Source of the DNA: Eledone cirrhosa
Taxonomy: Eukaryota
Direction: 5' to 3'
Assembly (NCBI GenBank): GCA_964016885.1
Contig: OZ024740.1
Location: forward strand, 436,418,001-436,482,000
Length of the DNA: 64,000 nucleotides
Shown here in pieces: positions 62,256-64,000 of the stretch; position 1 is the stretch's first letter; each line of letters begins with the position of its first letter. The position numbers and the translations under genes are program-made. The notes beneath the pieces were generated by a model that had not been told where the DNA came from, made no database searches, and saw nothing but the letters and a program-made list of their open reading frames with translations.

Positions 62256-64000
62256 TAATTCCTGTCGCTTATTTAATAGGATATCCTTAGATTTCATTAT
62301 TTCAAATAGTTCTTGGGAACACAATCTACATTCATTTCTATTATTTTGATAAGGGGTGGCTCTTTTGAGCACACTCCAGGTCATATCATATTCTATATTC
62401 TTATTTCTATAACTATTAATTTTTTCTGCTAGAGATGTTGTATTAGCCAGTGCGGCATTTTTAAAACTATGTTTGTGGGTATTAAACCTTACCTTAAAAT
62501 TGTTAGAAGTAGCTCCTATATATGAGCAAATAGAATCTTTAGTTTTAAATTTACATTTATAAACTATGTTGTTAACAAGACAATTTCCTTTTAATGGGCA
62601 GTTTGCTTTGTTTCTACAGTTACAACCTTTCGTTAATTCTGTATTTGAGGAGATATTATGGTTAGTTTGATGTATTGGTGGTATACTTATGGTTTTTTTT
62701 ACATTTATATGCATTATAGGCACTTATATTTTGTTTTATGTTTTTGGTTGTTGAGTATGAGAATTTAACTGTTGATCTATTTAAGATTTGATGGTATTTG
62801 TGGTTTGGCGGGAAGTTTTTCTCTAGGATATAAAAATTTTTTTTAGCTATATTATCCTTAATTTGTAAATTAAATGGAGCATTATACCAAGTAACTCGTC
62901 TATTACGGTTTCTATGTTGTTTATTGTTTTTATAGGATGCATCGTGATGTTTACTAGGAGGATTAATGTTAATGACCTCACCACGCACATTTTTAGTTAG
63001 ATTTATTGATTTTAGGTGTTTTAGCTTGTTTATTAGGAGTTTTATTATTAACATTTATTAGAGTTGTATGATGAGTAGTTTTTTGAGAGTTACTATACTT
63101 TATATTAGAGGAGTTAGAGAAATTTGGTTTTATGTTGGTATTTTGGGGTATAGTGTGAGTGGCATTTCGGTGTGTACTTTTCATTTGGTGTTTGTTGGTA
63201 ATATTAGGTTGTATGTTTATAGTGTTATTAGTAGAAGGTATATATTCCAATCTATTTTTGTGGCCACTTCTATCTAGAGCTTCGTTATAGAAGGTCGCAT
63301 TTTTATCAAATACATCTTGGTTAGACGAAAGGTTAGAAATTCTAAGTGATATATTATATGCAAGGTTTTTAAGGATAGATTTAGGGTGATTAGATTGTGA
63401 GAGTATGTAGTGTAAGTTTTGGTTGGGTTTATGGTAAGGTTGGTAGATACCCGTAGCTAAGTCTAAAGTTATATCTAGGAAATTAACTACTTTACTTGTG
63501 TTTTCAAAAGTAATATGAAAACTATAATAGTCTTTAAGGAAAGTTCTAATAAGCTTTTTGTTTTTTTCTATTTCTGAGAGGCTAAGGTTGTTGGAAAGAA
63601 GAAGACAGTCATCACGATATAAACCACCTTTAAGGTGGGGAAAGGAAGCATTTATGTTAAAAAGAAGGAAGAGGCCCACAAGATCAGTAATTTGAGCAGA
63701 ATCGCTTGAACCCATAGTAATATCAAATAGATTACTATATGTGTTTCTGGTCCAGTATTCATTCTGAAATTCAATAAGTGTTAGTCTAGCATGTGTAATA
63801 ATATTAATGTCATCCAAAGTTAAGTTAGATCTATTTTTAGCAAATATCAAAGCTTTGTTCAGGAGTATAGGTGATATAGAAGAATAGTAATTATCTATAT
63901 CAAATTGTAGAAATGAAGCAGAAGATTTACATCTAATATTTTTAAACCAGTTAATTACCTGGGAAGTGTTTTCCCAGAGTGGTAAATTAACATGTTTTCT
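62199..64000 (-). pseudogene. Naiad-type Penelope-like retroelement ORF (RT plus GIY-YIG), frameshifted, continuing beyond the window
   Basis: WENTSQVINWF, FLQFDIDNYYSSI, ITMGS, GLYRDD, VNFLDITL, SNHP, YNEAL, VTWYNAPF, GCNCR...CPLKGNC, IVY...YIGAT..FKVRF..H, CRLC..E and LLNKRQE. Frame changes occur near 63020 and 62700. Confidence 0.92.

Overview
This is AT-rich, microsatellite-dense eukaryotic genomic DNA. The SINE types, Penelope-like elements (PLEs) and repeat landscape suggest a mollusc such as an octopus; this is an inference. Bases 1-20780 are a 26-bp satellite with kb-scale higher-order duplications. The rest is a mosaic of simple repeats and transposon relics: two Naiad-type PLE coding fragments, two R4/Dong-like fragments, a GC-rich CRE-like endonuclease fragment, an RTE-like LINE with a 5' inversion, non-autonomous Helitron-like elements and tRNA-derived SINEs. 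No intact host gene is recognisable, and almost all ORFs in the track are repeat artefacts. The main hidden signal is RNA structure. About eight unrelated non-coding repeat families each carry a hammerhead ribozyme (HHR) motif, in the partial-tandem or inverted arrangements typical of PLE pseudo-LTRs and retrozymes, mostly next to (AT)n. One family (five copies, two subfamilies, with compensatory base changes) has all hammerhead core elements in a permuted, pseudoknotted strand order that matches none of types I, II or III. All structures and translations were read by eye and need computational and biochemical confirmation.
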